Position numbers and translations under genes: made by a program. A stretch of 64,000 bases of DNA from Rhynchobatus australiae (taxonomy: Eukaryota), in contig JAUZTB010000069.1 of the NCBI GenBank assembly GCA_034780895.1, positions 16,423,866 to 16,487,865 of the forward strand, written 5' to 3'. Under the pieces are notes generated by a model. The model had not been told where the DNA came from and searched no databases. It saw only the letters and a program-made list of their open reading frames with translations. This document shows positions 1 through 14,659 of this stretch, piece after piece; within the stretch, counting starts at the first letter, position 1; the number at the start of each line of letters is the position of its first letter.

Positions 1-430
1 CACTCCACTGCTCTCTCCTCATAGCCCTGCAAATGTTTCCTTTCGTATCCAGCTCCCTATTGAACACTACAATTGACTCTGCCTCCAGTAATACCCTTTT
101 TTTCCTCCCCAAGTCTCTAATGGTTCTTTTGCCAATCACCTTCATTTCAAGTCCCCAGATCTTCATCCTGTTGCAAAAGGAACAGTTTCTCTTCATCTAT
201 TCTGGCTCAACTAGTTATCTTTGCAATCTCTTCTGGTTCAAGGAGAATAACCCCAGCTTCTTTAGTCTATTTGCATTGCTGAAGTCTCTCATCCTTGGAA
301 TAATTTTGGTAAATCTCTTCTGCATCCCTTCCAAAGTCTTTACATCTTTCCTACTGTGTGCTGCTGAATGTAATATCCCAGTTACAGCTTAACTAGTGTT
401 TTATAAAGCTTCATTATAATTCCATTCCTC
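1..430 (-). mobile_element. Degenerate CR1-clade fragment
   Basis: aaggagaataaccccagcttc..ctgaagtctctcatccttggaataattttggtaaatctcttctgca, similar to the copy at ~60900-61100. Confidence 0.55.
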
Positions 431-515
431 TTTTGTTCTATGCCTTTTTTCATTGATTGAAAGAAGTCTGACCCAGCCAGATCCTGCATGGATCCTACAT
501 TTGCATCCAACTTAC

Positions 516-696
516 CTGCACTGGAGTTCTCCCAGATCTCTGTTCCTAGACTGTTGGATGTGGATTGCACCTTAGAGAAGGAGCTTTCCTCTGTCTGTTC
601 AGTTATTGCATTGGAAATCTGCTGCTTTTTAACAAAACGAGGAGGAATCTTGGATGACGATGTCCAGCTCTTCTCATTCCGACTTTTCCCAGGTGC
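516..696 (-). CDS. PRRC2B: PRRC2B exon 19 (gene continues beyond the window)
   Basis: SKIPPRFVKKQ...NSLGTEIWENSS; phase 0-1; donor G|gtaag. Confidence 0.92.
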
Positions 697-1384
697 CTGG
701 TTTAAAAGGCCAACTATGAAAATGAGAAATTCTAATTCCCCCCCCAGCCAATCTCACTTCAAATGCAAACCATACCCCATCAAAAAAAAAACTACTGGTC
801 ATGTTCCATGTCTAAGCTAAAAGATATTATACTTCCCTCTGCTTCCTACAAAGTGCTGTGTTTAAAAACAACCTACACTTACAATGATCCCTTTGCCATA
901 TGCTAACTCAGACCCTTTCTTCCATCACCATTATGTTTACAGATCCACTTTTCCCATGGTNNNNNNNNNNNNNNNNNNNNNNNNNNNNNNNNNNNNNNNN
1001 NNNNNNNNNNNNNNNNNNNNNNNNNNNNNNNNNNNNNNNNNNNNNNNNNNNNNNNNNNNNNNNNNNNNNNNNNNNNNNNNNNNNNNNNNNNNNNNNNNNN
1101 NNNNNNNNNNNNNNNNNNNNNNNNNNNNNNNNNNNNNNNNNNNNNNNNNNNNNNNNNNNNNNNNNNNNNNNNNNNNNNNNNNNNNNNNNNNNNNNNNNNN
1201 NNNNNNNNNNNNNNNNNNNNNNNNNNNNNNNNNNNNNNNNNNNNNNNNNNNNNNNNNNNNNNNNNNNNNNNNNNNNNNNNNNNNNNNNNNNNNNNNNNNN
1301 NNNNNNNNNNNNNNNNNNNNNNNNNNNNNNNNNNNNNNNNNNNNNNNNNNNNNNNNNNNNNNNNNNNNNNNNNNNNNNNNNNTT

Positions 1385-1552
<168 letters not shown>

Positions 1553-2200
1553 TTAAAGAAAATAAACCATCAGAAAGCCCCCACTGATATACTAATTGAT
1601 GTACAGATGGCAGTGAATAAAGAGAAACTCCTCGTGAATAGCAACAGCAGGCAAATTTCCTTTACTGCACTGAGAGGCATTTGTCACATCACGTTGGGTA
1701 ATATTTTTAGCTCAGTAAGAAATGCCTGCATTAAGGTTCCATATGAGAGAGTAGAGCACAGGATTCAGACTGACATCAGTTGGAGGTACCACCCGTCAGA
1801 CAAGGTACCTATTCAGAGAACAGCAGAGGTGTTGCCCTATCCAATATTTATTCCTCAACTGAACTAATCTGTGTGCCATTGGGGAAATTACCCAAACTGT
1901 AAAAATTGACTCCCAAATTTCTTACAATGTAACTTCAAATTAGCGGGGAAACACTGACATATCCAGATACACTATACAAATGAAGGTCCTTTCTCTCACA
2001 CACTACTTTCAAGCACTTGTAGGAAAACCTATAATGAAAGTATATTGGAAACTTACAGTGAATCAATAGGAACATTGCGTACGTGAGAGCTAACTCTAAT
2101 GATGTACATAAATCTGTACTACAACTGAAGTACAAGAAGCTTGCAACTTTACTTCCATGTTTAGTGCTAAATGCAAGTGCATATAAATATCTGTACTTAC

Positions 2201-2421
2201 TTGCATAATTATTTAAATCAAACTGGGCCAAAGCATCAGTCTTCTCTTTTGGCTTTTTCACACCAGGCTTTACATCTTTTTCCTTCTTTTTATTTGATAC
2301 GTCCTTCACTGCATTTTGTACAGCTGCTGGGTCATTGGGAACCACACGCTCTACACAATACACTGTGTTGACACTCCCTCCATTCACTGCTATCTGATCA
2401 CACAGTTGTTCTTCTACATAC
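2201..2421 (-). CDS. PRRC2B: PRRC2B exon 17
   Basis: VNTVYCVERVVPNDP...KKPKEKTDALAQFDLNNYA; phase 2-1. Confidence 0.94.
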
Positions 2422-3209
2422 CTATTTAAGTCAAAAGGTTAGTGAAACTACAGCACAAAATGTCCATTCCCTAAGCACCAATATGTCACCTGAACTCAAC
2501 TCTCAGACTGACTGGATTACCTCATTTCCTTGCGAGTAATGGCACAACGTAGCAGTTTACTATTTGTTCTCATTTAGTGGTAGAAATAAAAGCTAGCATT
2601 GGGACTACTTTGTTACAGAAGCCAGCATTGATATACAAAGTCACATTTTGGAATCTCTGGTCTTTAAAATGAAGAAGAAACAGGGAAAAAAAATCAACAC
2701 CAGAAATTATATTTTATGGAAAAAAAAGTAAATTCAACATATAAAGGAGCCATTTCCTTCTCTGAATGGTAACTTTTTTTGCTATTTACACTTAAGTGTT
2801 TGAAGAGGGACATGAAAAATTTGCCACAAATATATTTTAAAGTACATTAAAGTATATTTTTAGATCGAAAACTGCCATTCTTAGTCACCTACAGTATATA
2901 TACTGGCAATATACTCAAGCTTTTTAAGAGGAGTTTTTGAGGNNNNNNNNNNNNNNNNNNNNNNNNNNNNNNNNNNNNNNNNNNNNNNNNNNNNNNNNNN
3001 NNNNNNNNNNNNNNNNNNNNNNNNNNNNNNNNNNNNNNNNNNAGCTTTTTAAGAGGAGTTTTTGAGGGGGATGAAATGAAACTAGATAATAACTAGTCAA
3101 TTAATAATCATAGCCATTTGGACTGGATGCTTCCAAGCAAGCAAAGAATTAAGAACAGGAGTAGAATTATGGGTTTCAACCTGCCCTCACAAATTACAAA
3201 TGAACTTAC

Positions 3210-5360
3210 CTTTTGCTTCTTGATGGTTGCCCAGATGCCTTTTCATTTCTGGGACCAGTTCCATTAGTCTTTGGAGATTTTCCTCCATACCCTGGATTTG
3301 CCCTACGGTTTTGCCTATCAATTGGGCGTTGGCTGGAGAAGCTGCGTTTAGCTAGTTCTTTTCTCTGCCCAAGTCCGGCGTCTGCCACATCTACCTCAGG
3401 AGGCAGGCTATTCTGGGATGTTCTGTTCTCTCTATCTCGTCTCTCAGTAAAGTCACTACTTTCAGAAGCCGTTTCCCACTCCTCATTTGCTTGGTCCGAA
3501 GAATTTTGATTGGATAGATCTGGTGACTTATTTCCAGCAACAAGGGAAGCCATTTCCTGATCATCTGTTCTTGTAGTCATGCTAGATATATAATTGTCTA
3601 CAGGAACAGATACATCATTGTTTATCTCAGTGGCTGCATCTCTTTCTTGTTTGAGCCGCCTAAATCGTGGAGGTTTGTCCTGTCGAGGAGGTCTCCTTCT
3701 CCGTGGCGGCATATCCATTGATCGTTCCCTTTTGGGTGGTTGATCTTCTGTGGCTGAGATTCCAGAAAATGAGATCTTGTCTGCCACTCCATTTTCCTCT
3801 CCAGCATTTTCTAGTGCCACTTCCAAAGCCCTGTTGAGCACTTTCGTAGATTCCTTTGGAGGCTGCCTTTTAGGCAACATCAGGGAAGTTGAAACATCCC
3901 CATTTAGTTGATAGCTACCATTTAGCTTGAACATACCCGTTCTGTTTTGCCTTGAGGGCATTCCACGAGGTGCAAAGTTGCGCCCTCTCCCAGAGTTACT
4001 CAAACGAGGAGGTAATGCCCTCTCAAACATTTTTGATGGTCCCCTTTCATCTTCCATTTCACTAATTACAGGCCCATCAGGTATCCTTTTGGATCTTCTT
4101 AAAGGGTCTTTGAACATATTCTTCCCCTCTCTGTCTGAATATGCTGACTCAATTGTGGCATCATTGCCAGCTCCAGATCCCCTGTGCCTCCGCCGTTTTG
4201 GTATATCTTCATATTCAGACCCCTCACTGCGTGTCTCACTGGCATTTCGACGCCTGTTGGAATTCTTTTGGCTATCTTCTAATGAATTACTGTACTCTTT
4301 AGGATTCTGCCGACTTCCTCTGCTGAAGTTGTTATTGTAAGAGCTTCTGATCTCTCCTACTCTGCCAGAGAAATCTCCTCGACCTCTACCCCTTCCTCGC
4401 CCTTGGCCTCGATTGCTGAAATTTTGTTGATCATCATCTTCAATCCAGTTTCCCCTCTGTGGTGGAGGGAAATCAATGTTGTCTTTATTCATAGGTCTCA
4501 CTTCCCATGCTTTATTCTCCTTTCTTTGTGGTTTCTCTATTTCCCAGTCAAATTTAGCTGGAGACACTGGTGAGACAGTCAATTCTTTATGTCTGATGTT
4601 CAAACATGAAATGGAAGTTTGTGATGAGGGTGCAATGCCTCCATTAGTTTTCATCGCCTTACTCTCAGTCTTTATCTGTTCAGCTTTATTCTGAGTGTTT
4701 TTCTGAAGAGATTCTAATTTTACTTTCTCTGTCTCTTCATTCTTTTCAGTCTTAAGGTCTTTAAGGACTGGTTTTTTAATTGGTCCAGATCGTCTACCTA
4801 TCATCTTCCCTACAGTCTCACGACGATCAACATGGTTTCCTTTTAGTGGCTCCCACTGAGATGCAGGTTTAGACTCCATCTTTGACAAATTATCTGTCTG
4901 CCATATTTCCGTCCTAAAACCTTTTTCCTCTCTGGTATCTTCATGTTCATCAACCTTAGGGCTTGGGTGCTCTTTCTGATGCACATAATCCCAGGTATGA
5001 GACACGATCTCTTCAATGTTTTCAGCAGGCTTTGATGCCTCAGTGCTGTCTCTTGAAGACACATTCAGCCCTACCTGCTCAGATTCTGATGAGAAGAGTT
5101 CTTTATGAAGTAACTGAGGATTTGTTTGATGCTGGAAAAGAACATCTCTTCCAAGTACTGCTGACACATTTGGAGCCACTTCAGGTCTTTGATCCTTTAT
5201 TAGCTCTGTCTGTGATTCTAAACGAACTATATTTAGCAATTTGTCTGCTGGTGCAACCCTATACTCTTCAATTTGTTCCTCAAATGGATCTCTCTGTATC
5301 TTCATGGTTTGCTGGGAAATCGGATCAGCTCTCACAGGTGGAGTGGGAAGTCTTTCATTC
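3210..5360 (-). CDS. PRRC2B: PRRC2B large exon 16 (2151 nt; RG-rich and PPRF motifs)
   Basis: Open frame with RRSGPIKKPVLK, RGQGRGRGRGRG, RNASETRSEGSEYE, RRRPPRQDKPPRFRRL, KSPDLSNQNSSDQANEEWETASESSDF and KRSFSSQRP; phase 2-2. Confidence 0.96.
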
Positions 5361-6102
5361 CTACAATAAAGAAGATTTGCTGGGAAGTTAATTAAATTTT
5401 GAGTGAAACAGAACAAAAATCCCAATTGTTCTCATTTCAAAAAATATAACATCATCGATGTACCACAGGTTTATCAAGCCAATTAGACTCTTTAGTTGGT
5501 ATATCAGTGCATGATTTTCTTTGACTACAGTGATAGAAGGGCCAGAAGGATCCACAGAAATATTATTTACACCAATTGTTTCTCCAGACTCAACCCACTT
5601 GTTTGCATTCTCTGTTGTAATATCTTACAGTTTCCCCATTAACTGCCGGAAACTACATCATGGCTTCCAAAGTACAGTACATTACATTTCCCTTTCCAAC
5701 CAAAATTCAATCAGTCCATGGCTCTTTAACTACCTGGAAATAAGTCAAGCACTACCTGTGATAAGAGAAATACAATGGTGCTATTTAACCAAGCATGACT
5801 GGGATAGCAAATGAGAATTTCAAGCTTAAAATTTATTTTTTAAACAGTTCAAACTGATCAAATTTAATTGATCTATTCACATCCTATTTTAAATCTACAT
5901 GAACGATAAAAAGCTAATACAGATTTGTATCAAATTTATTTAATCTTAGATTTAGGATATTACTTTCTTCAGTTATCAGAGCCACATAAAAAATACTGTA
6001 AAAGAAAATTTCTAATCTATTCCACTTAATGTGGGCTTTTAATGCAACAGATCCAATCCTAAAGCGGATGAATTTTAATGCCAGTTAAGTAAGGATGCTC
6101 AC

Positions 6103-6322
6103 CTAGCGCCCCTATCTTCTGCAGCACCATCTTCCTGCGATCTCTGAGAGTTTAACATAAAAGTCCTGTTTTGAGCAGTTGAGTAGTCCTCTTGACTCCA
6201 ACTGAATTGTGGTTCTGTAGGTGTTCTTTTCTCCTGTAACAGCACAGGGGACCTTTCTTGCTGCTCAGATCCTGAAGTAACATTGTCTGAATGATCGGGG
6301 CGCATCACAGGCTTTATCATTC
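6103..6322 (-). CDS. PRRC2B: PRRC2B exon 15
   Basis: GMIKPVM...QEKRTPTEPQFSWSQEDY; phase 1-2; donor AG|gtgag. Confidence 0.88.
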
Positions 6323-6902
6323 CTACAAATAATTTAAAAATAACAGAATATGTAATCAACTGAAAATTAGTTGGACTTTATCTACATCCTCTAACTTAAC
6401 CACTGAACACAAATTAAGCACAGATACAAGATAATTAGTTCTTTTTAAAATTTTTCAGGATTGGCTTAAGGCCTGATGACTTTCCATTAAACCAAAACCA
6501 AATATATCATCACCAGATGAGAGGAATAGATGAATAGTCACTTGCTTCTGTGCACTGCATTTATGGACTAGAGATTGGACAGTAGCTTGCCAACTATCCT
6601 GGTTACAGTAAGTGGAGAGTCCAGAATGGTGTGGTGTGCAAAGGAAGAACAGTCAATATGATCCACATCCTGTCCTCTATTACTTTAACAAATGTTCCTG
6701 ATCAAGTTGGTGATGGACTAATATGACCCTGAATTCCACATTAGTAGTCACATTGCACTATCAAAGATTGCTTAAACATGAAAAACTGATAGGCAACAAC
6801 TAACAAATCCATATGTATTAAGCAAATGATTAACAAGGCTTTGGTGGGAAAGTGCAGATTTTGTTCACTGGGAGAAAATAGCTCGAAAGGAACATTATCC
6901 TA

Positions 6903-7151
<249 letters not shown>

Positions 7152-8236
7152 CTAATTACACACAAGCAGGACAAGGGAAAGACAAATATTACAAATTTAA
7201 GCTTTCCAATTTACATCCTCATTATTTTGCACATCAGAATTTCTCTTTGCAAAGGCTCACAATCCCCTGCACAAAGAATGCAACCCCCACCCAAAAGTCA
7301 TACAGCGCAAAAACAAGCCCTTTGGTCCACCTTGTCCCTAAAGCACCCTGCTCTATTAATCCCATTTAACATCACTTGGTTCAAAGCCTTATGCGCCTTG
7401 GATAATTCCAAGATTTTTTATCGTCTCTCATAATAGGACAATACTCTCATCCCAAGAATTAGCCCACTGTAATTCTTTTCAACTTCCTGCAGTACTATCC
7501 CAGCACCAAGATCTTTGGTTGTATTAGACCAGCAGATTTTCCAGATCACTGGATGCTATTCCTATAACCACCAAACCATACACCTATTTCACTTTTCTTT
7601 TCCATGTTACATAATAGTTATAATTTCCCAGTGAACCCACTGAGTTTAAAGGGTGTGGGAAATATACCAACAATCAAAATATTGGAGAATTTATCCTATG
7701 CAGATTTCTGATCAAATCTTCCTTTTTCTGGGGAGAAGACCAGCTCAGCTTGCTATCTAGCCGAATAGTATGACCAAATTTTACCACTGTGTTCAGAATA
7801 GCACAGAAAGGAAAAGCACTGCAGGTACACGAGCAGCTAACATCACATAGATGTAGTAATTTGTTACCGTAGGTGGTGCTTCTAACTGTGAAAGGAGTTA
7901 GATATGAATTGTACATTTGGACAACAGGTGAAAGGTCACTGATCTTGAAACAATATTTTTGTAAGAACTTTAAATCTTTCTTTTATTAGCTTTTAGAAAA
8001 TAGGAGTGGGCTATTCAGCCCTTTGAGCTGCTCCATCATACAATATCACAGCAATGCCTGTTACTTTAAAAAAAATGAGACTGATAGACTCGTCAACTAG
8101 AGATATAGGTCATAGATCAGCGACAATCTCACTGAATGGCTGAGCGGGCTCAAGGGGCTAAAGCAGCTTATTCTTGATCACATTTCCAACCTGAACTGAT
8201 AGTATCAAGCAGTTGGTCTGTTTTACTGATAGCTAC

Positions 8237-8415
8237 CTGTTGTTGTCGTTGGAACCTAGGCGGCAGGGACTTGTGGAACTTGCTGTAGTTCTGAATTGGC
8301 AGTGTAGGCTCATTTCCCTGCGTGTAGTTCTCATCATCGCTTTCAGCACTGGCTGCAGGAACTTCTTTTTTCACCTTGTCCTCGGCAGGGAGTTCCACAG
8401 GCAGCTCACGTTTTT
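8237..8415 (-). CDS. PRRC2B: PRRC2B exon 13
   Basis: YSKFHKSLPPRFQRQQQ, conserved motif; phase 1-0. Confidence 0.93.
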
Positions 8416-9398
8416 CTGAAATTCATGTCAGAAAAATTAACTATTACTTCAAAAATCCAACATTCTAAATAGAAATGTGATTACTACAAAACCAGCAGAA
8501 ATGAGAACAATATTCTTCACATCACTATTCTGATCTCCTGTATAAATCCCTGCTATCTTTCTACTACTGTGAGAACATTGGGACAGTATTGTAGACGGAT
8601 GTATATTCCACTGCCTCCTTAATTCTCAAAATTAATATCTACAACACGACTCCCCCCCCTTTTAAATTTCTCAAAGGTCTCTCCTTCTAGATCCCTTGAT
8701 ATAGCAGCTAGTCTTTGTTGGGGTTTCAGTATCTTGCTGCTGCTTTGATTTGGACTCTCAAAAAGTTCTCCATCCTCCTTGTTTCTCTATTCTGCTCCCA
8801 GTGGCATAGTTTTTATGCTCCATGGAGTTTTCTCTGAACTTTGCTCAAACTTACCCAACTGACTGTACCCTGGGGCCACCCTCCTTGGTTTCCTGGTTGG
8901 AAGTCTGCTTGCCCTGTAAAGTGCCTTATGTGAAGGTAGCTGTAAATCTGGATGAAAACATCTGAGGTTTGACTATAATGTTATGCATAAAATAATCATC
9001 CTGTGATGGCAAGTTTTGAAACTCTTTGGAACACTGGACAATGAAGTTGGTATGAATTGATGTGGGGTATTTTTCATGCACGTCGTGTACTTTTCTCTAG
9101 GCTATTGCATTGTTGATTGGTTCACACCAACTGCAACTGCAGTAAATAACACACTCCTGTTTAATTTAAAGTGACACTTTTACCATATACCTAATTTAAT
9201 TTCATAAAAATACTTGATGCAAGTACAGGAAAAAATAATACAATGCAGGATTCATTGATCCTAATTCAACGTATGCAATCATACCATGTTTAATCAACTA
9301 GTACCAGAATGAACATGGTTGCAGATTTCCCACAACTAGTCATATTTCCTTAAAAGTTATGGTTTCAGTACAAGAAATTCCTTTAATCCAATTCCTTA

Positions 9399-9851
<453 letters not shown>

Positions 9852-9919
9852 CTACTCCAAAACTCAAGGCAACCTGAAACAAACCCACAAATATGTAAAT
9901 CTTGAACAAACCTTCAAAT

Positions 9920-10480
9920 TGTTACAAAGGGATGGGGTATAAAAGTAGGGAGGTCTTTCTACAAATGTAAAGGACACAAGTCAGACCACACCTAGACAAC
10001 TGCATACAATCCCACTCAACTTATTTAAGGAGGGATATGCTTGCATTAGAAGCAGCTCAGAGAAGTTTCATTGAGTTGAATGCAGGGATGAAGGGCTGTC
10101 TTATAACAACATACAAATAAGCAGGAATAGGCCACTGCAGGAATAGGCCACTTGGCCCCTCAGGCTTGCTCCGCCATTTAATATGATTATGGCTAAACTG
10201 ACTGTAACCTCAACACTCTATTCCCATCTACCCACAGTAACTTTTCACCTCCCTGCTTATCAAGTATCTAGCTACCTCTGCCTTGAAAACATTCAAAGAC
10301 TCAACTCCACTGCCTTTGAGTAAGAGTTTTCAAATAATCATGACCTTCTAGGAGAAAGGTTGATCAGCTTCAGAAATAGAGGGGGCCTTATTGAAACATT
10401 TGGAAGATTCTTCTGCCAGGATCTTAATGCTTCCCGTCATGGAGCCGGGGGCATAGTTTCAGAATAAAGACATTTGAGCA
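9920..10480. mobile_element. Nested CR1-clade fragments in PRRC2B intron 11
   Basis: gtcagaccacacctag...gcagctcagagaagtttca on + with an antisense tail gcaggaataggccact..ggcccctcaggcttgctccgccatt. Confidence 0.55.
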
Positions 10481-11766
10481 AGAATTTGTTCCGAGAGTCT
10501 CACCTCAACAGCAATCCAGCTAAGTCCCACTCTTCTGCCCTATCCTCACAGAGTAATTTACTTCCTTTCACATACCTATCCAATTCCCATTTGATTGCTA
10601 AAATTGAAAATTGCCTTCACTCGTACACCTGGCTGTACCTTTCAGACCCTAAATACTCAATAGATAAAAATAAATTTTCCTGTTACTTGAGGTAGTTTTA
10701 ATTATAAATGCTCATTAGGAAGAATGTTGTGCCCTAACAAGTATGATTTTGATGGAGTGACTAAAAATTAATAAATCACCAGCTGAATCTCAACGAGAGC
10801 ATTGTGACCCATTCTGGGCACCACACCATGGAATGAAGGTCACGGCTTTATAGAGGGCATAAAATGACACCAGGCTTGACATTTTTCAGTAATGTGAAAA
10901 TTATAGAGACCTGGTGTAAAGGGAACTAGAGGACAGAGACTGGGAAAAAAGAATGCAAATTAGATTTAAACAATTTTTTAAATAGCAATTAATGATGACC
11001 TGGAACACTGCCTGACAGTAATATAGAAACAAATTTATTGGTAACTTTGAAAGATGAAATTGATTTACACAGTAAAGAGAAGTTTGTAGGTGAGGAAAGA
11101 GCAAGTCTAATCAAGTAGCTTCCTTTGAAAAATCACCAGAGAACCAATACAACAAATGGTGCATGGGAAAATCGCAACACACACAAGTTGAAAGTTAACT
11201 GATTGATAAACTGACAATCAGGGAAGAGTCCACTTTGTATTCTCGCTCATATAGCCAGCCTGCCAAAAAAAGAATTTACAATACAACTTCAACCATAACT
11301 CTAAAAGCACCTTCCTGCTCTTCCTTGCCTCAGAATCAAAAAGAGAGTTTAGTTATGCCTCTGCAATTTACATTAGTTCACTTCTGTCAGACTTCACAGC
11401 AGTAAAAAAAACCTTACTGGCAAATGTAGCAAAGGAGCTTTTGCCATGAGCTGTCAATCTGAATATTTGTTTTCAATCACATTACACAAGGAGGAGAAAA
11501 TGGGTAAATATATCCAGGGGAAATTGTGCTTTCTGTAGTTACCATTTGCATTCTTAATCCTTGTGCTCATGATCAATTCTACTGTTCACGAATAAATAAC
11601 GTAACATTGACAGTATTAAAAATCTGTACCATTTTGAATGAAATTCCTACAGTAATAATAATAGAGCACAAATGGAGATGTTGCAGGAATCAGCTGTAAA
11701 TTGGCCCTTTCAGCTAGAAATTCAGTCTATATGAATAAACAGAAACTGGTGGTTAACTGAAAATAC

Positions 11767-11941
11767 CCTCGTCTCAGCAGAGTTTAAGCTCCAACGTGGC
11801 TCAGCATCTTGAAGGCCATGGCTTGGCTGGCTGGAAGGTAATCCGTTACCCCAAATGGATTCAGCACAAATGGAAGGTTCCACCTTTGCTTCAAGCTTAG
11901 CATTTAAAGAGCGTTGGCGTACCATTTTCATATCCCTTTCC
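11767..11941 (-). CDS. PRRC2B: PRRC2B exon 11
   Basis: WERDMKMVRQRSL...SAETR; phase 2-0 fits both neighbours; donor AGG|gtattt. Confidence 0.8.
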
Positions 11942-12631
11942 CTAGATGGTATAAAGTATTTGAGTGTTAGTCTAATGCTTAAATGTCTATGTATATTCTG
12001 TAAATAACACAGCTCAAGCATAACTACCCCATTACAACAAGTGGTCCCTGATCACCATGAAAGATGCATTAATACAAATACCTGAAAAACAATTTAAAAT
12101 TTGTAAAGCACAATGGGAAAGTAACAGATGCAGAGCTAAAGAGGATGTGTATAAGGATGTAATTGGTGACATTATCCAGAGTTATTTCTGCATTGTGGGA
12201 AAGGGTAGAAGCTCAAGGTGATAAGCTTAAATGGGAATTAGGGTAGCAATCACCACAGTCCTGGGATGCAAAAATTATTAAAAATTTCAAGAGAAATGGA
12301 AGCTTTGGAGAAGGCATTATAATTTGAGGGGTAGTATTGATGTGGATTTAAAGGAAGGGGACAACTTCTGTGGAGAGGGGACAAGTGCATCATGAGGGTT
12401 GTGGTGGGGCCGTGGTGGTGGGGGTTGGGTGGATGGCAGTTTAGTACAGAAGGGGATAAGGTTGTATCTCATTTAATATTAAGTGTTCTGGGGTGTCCTG
12501 AGCTCACAAAGGCATCTACAGAAATGAAAACTAGACGAGCTAATGATCCAAGAACATTTATATTCACTGAGTTGTGAAGTTCACAAATAATCAAGGTTTC
12601 TGGTTGCACTAACTATTCAAGGGATACGCAC

Positions 12632-12719
12632 CATTTTTCTTTTCTCTCTCTTGAGATCTCTTCATCATCGTCATCACTGAATTTAAGTTTTTCTGAATAA
12701 TCCACTTCCTCGTGTTCAC
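12632..12719 (-). CDS. PRRC2B: PRRC2B exon 10
   Basis: EHEEVDYSEKLKFSDDDDEE, conserved PRRC2 motif; phase 1-2. Confidence 0.95.
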
Positions 12720-13230
12720 CTGATCAAAATTAAGCATTATTGGATAATGGATCAGAATCCTACTTCTCAGGAACTAGAAATCCAAATTCAAATATGCACA
12801 ACAAAACAAGGCAACAAAGAGAAGCTTGAACAATGTATATGAAGCACATTGCAGGAAAGGGCAGGAATTGTAGATATATTCAGAGACATCCCCAACAACT
12901 CATCAACAAATTTCAAATTGATAGTTAGCCATTAACCTTACAGTTGATTCAACAGAAAATAACATCTTAAGAATATAGCAAGACAATGGCTCTATATTTC
13001 TGAACAACCATGATGTTTTTACGAGAGTGAAGGAAAACTTTGACTGATAAAACAACTAAATTACCATCAGTATTTGGGACTTCTATCAACTCAAAGTCTG
13101 TTATCTACCTTGTCAATTATAATTTTTGTAATGACCAATATGGATTGCATTCAGTTTAATTAATAGATTTCTTTGTATTTTTGAACTAATCTGCCTTGAA
13201 ACAAATGGTTTAATTGTGCTACATTCCCAC

Positions 13231-13376
13231 CTGCCCATCCATCTTCTGTTTCAATGTCCAGCTGATCCAGTTCTTTCAGGTCATCAGGATTAATGATGGC
13301 AGGTCGATCAGTAGGCTCACCTGGTCGCCGAGCAGGCCTAACTGGGCGTGTAGAACGAGAAACTCCACGGGGATAT
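13231..13376 (-). CDS. PRRC2B: PRRC2B exon 9
   Basis: RPAIINPDDLKELDQLDIETEDGWAG, conserved PRRC2 motif; phase 2-1. Confidence 0.93.
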
Positions 13377-14567
13377 CTGCAGATAACCACAATCAGAATT
13401 AAAGGATGGGCCACATATACATCTTGGCTCCTGCTTCTTTACTACTTAGAGACAATAAGAATCTACAATCTGCAGTATAGGGAGAGCAGACTTTAAGGAA
13501 GCAGAAGTATCCAAGCAAGATCAGCACCTCACCACAGTGATCGATATTACTAAGAACAGAGCTGAGATTGAATGAACTATACTGTTTGGACAACTGCCCT
13601 TAAGTTTATGACTGTGCAGGTGTGCAGCTCAATTTAACATTTTATTTACGAATTTTCACTGTAATGCAATTGACTCTTTTTAGTACTCCCTCAAGTTACA
13701 AGGCTGTTTCACTGTAATGAACCATGCTTAATGATACAAATAAACTTCAAATTGGTGTCCCAAGCACCTGAAATCCCATTTCAGCGAATAGCAATCTTTG
13801 TTGACACATTTGCCTGAGAGGGGGTCAAGAATATGGAGGAAGAAGCAAGGAGGAGAAGGTGGAAGAGGAAGGGTGGGGCTGGGGCCAAGGCAGAGGGAAT
13901 GTGACGAGGGTGTGGGGAAATAGAGTGGGAAGCTGAGATTCACAGTTGGGGAAATGTGGCCAACAAGAGCTGAGGTTGTGGTGGGGGACAGAAGGATCAG
14001 AGATGGGACCTGACAAAAGGGATAGGAGACTAACAAGAGTGTGGTTTTTGAGAGGGGTGGGGGAGAGAAAGAACCAGTGAGAGCCTGGGGAAAGAGAAAG
14101 AGCTGGCAGAAATGGGTGGGGGTGAGAGGGGAGGAGGAAGTGCAGCCAAATCTGGTGGTGGGAGAAACAACCAGCAATACCACTTGATTATAAGATTAAC
14201 CTATTAACAAAAAGTCTTTTATTTTGGATATGTTTGTTGATTTTTTTTGGTTAAGGTGTTTTTGATCAAAATTCTTGAGTTCTAGATCACAGAGTTTTTC
14301 TCTGTTTAATGGAAAAAGTTTTTATTTTCACCTCATGCAATTATCTTCCAATAACATAACCCCTGCAGAAATTGAGGGAAGGCAATACAAATTTCATCAC
14401 AGAATATACTTTTGTATAACAAGTATATTTATATGGTTTAAGGGATAATCTAATTTTCCCAGTTGGAAATAGTTTAGAAAACCACAGATTACATTCCACA
14501 AAGTATTAAATGTATATAATAAATACAAACACACAAAATATACTGCAGAGATTGCACATTTCCTTAC

Positions 14568-14659
14568 TTAATTGGCTCAGGTGGCTGGAATGGATACTGT
14601 AAAGATCCCTGTGGACCAAGGACAGGGGTAGGTTGAGGTTGTGATGGTGGTGGGCACAT
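14568..14659 (-). CDS. PRRC2B: PRRC2B exon 8
   Basis: MCPPPSQPQPTPVLGPQGSLQYPFQPPEPI; ctacag acceptor, AA|gtaag donor; phase 0-2 links exons 7 and 9. Confidence 0.85.

Noticed and set aside
2918-3067. Direct repeats flanking 100-N gaps (also at ~16131/16250, 17549/17666, 22731/22838 and 26759/26879)
   Set aside because: Identical sequence on both sides of fixed-size gaps indicates unmerged contig overlaps, not target-site duplications.
3213-5391. Plus-strand ORFs antisense to PRRC2B exon 16
   Set aside because: Shadow ORFs of the real coding exon.
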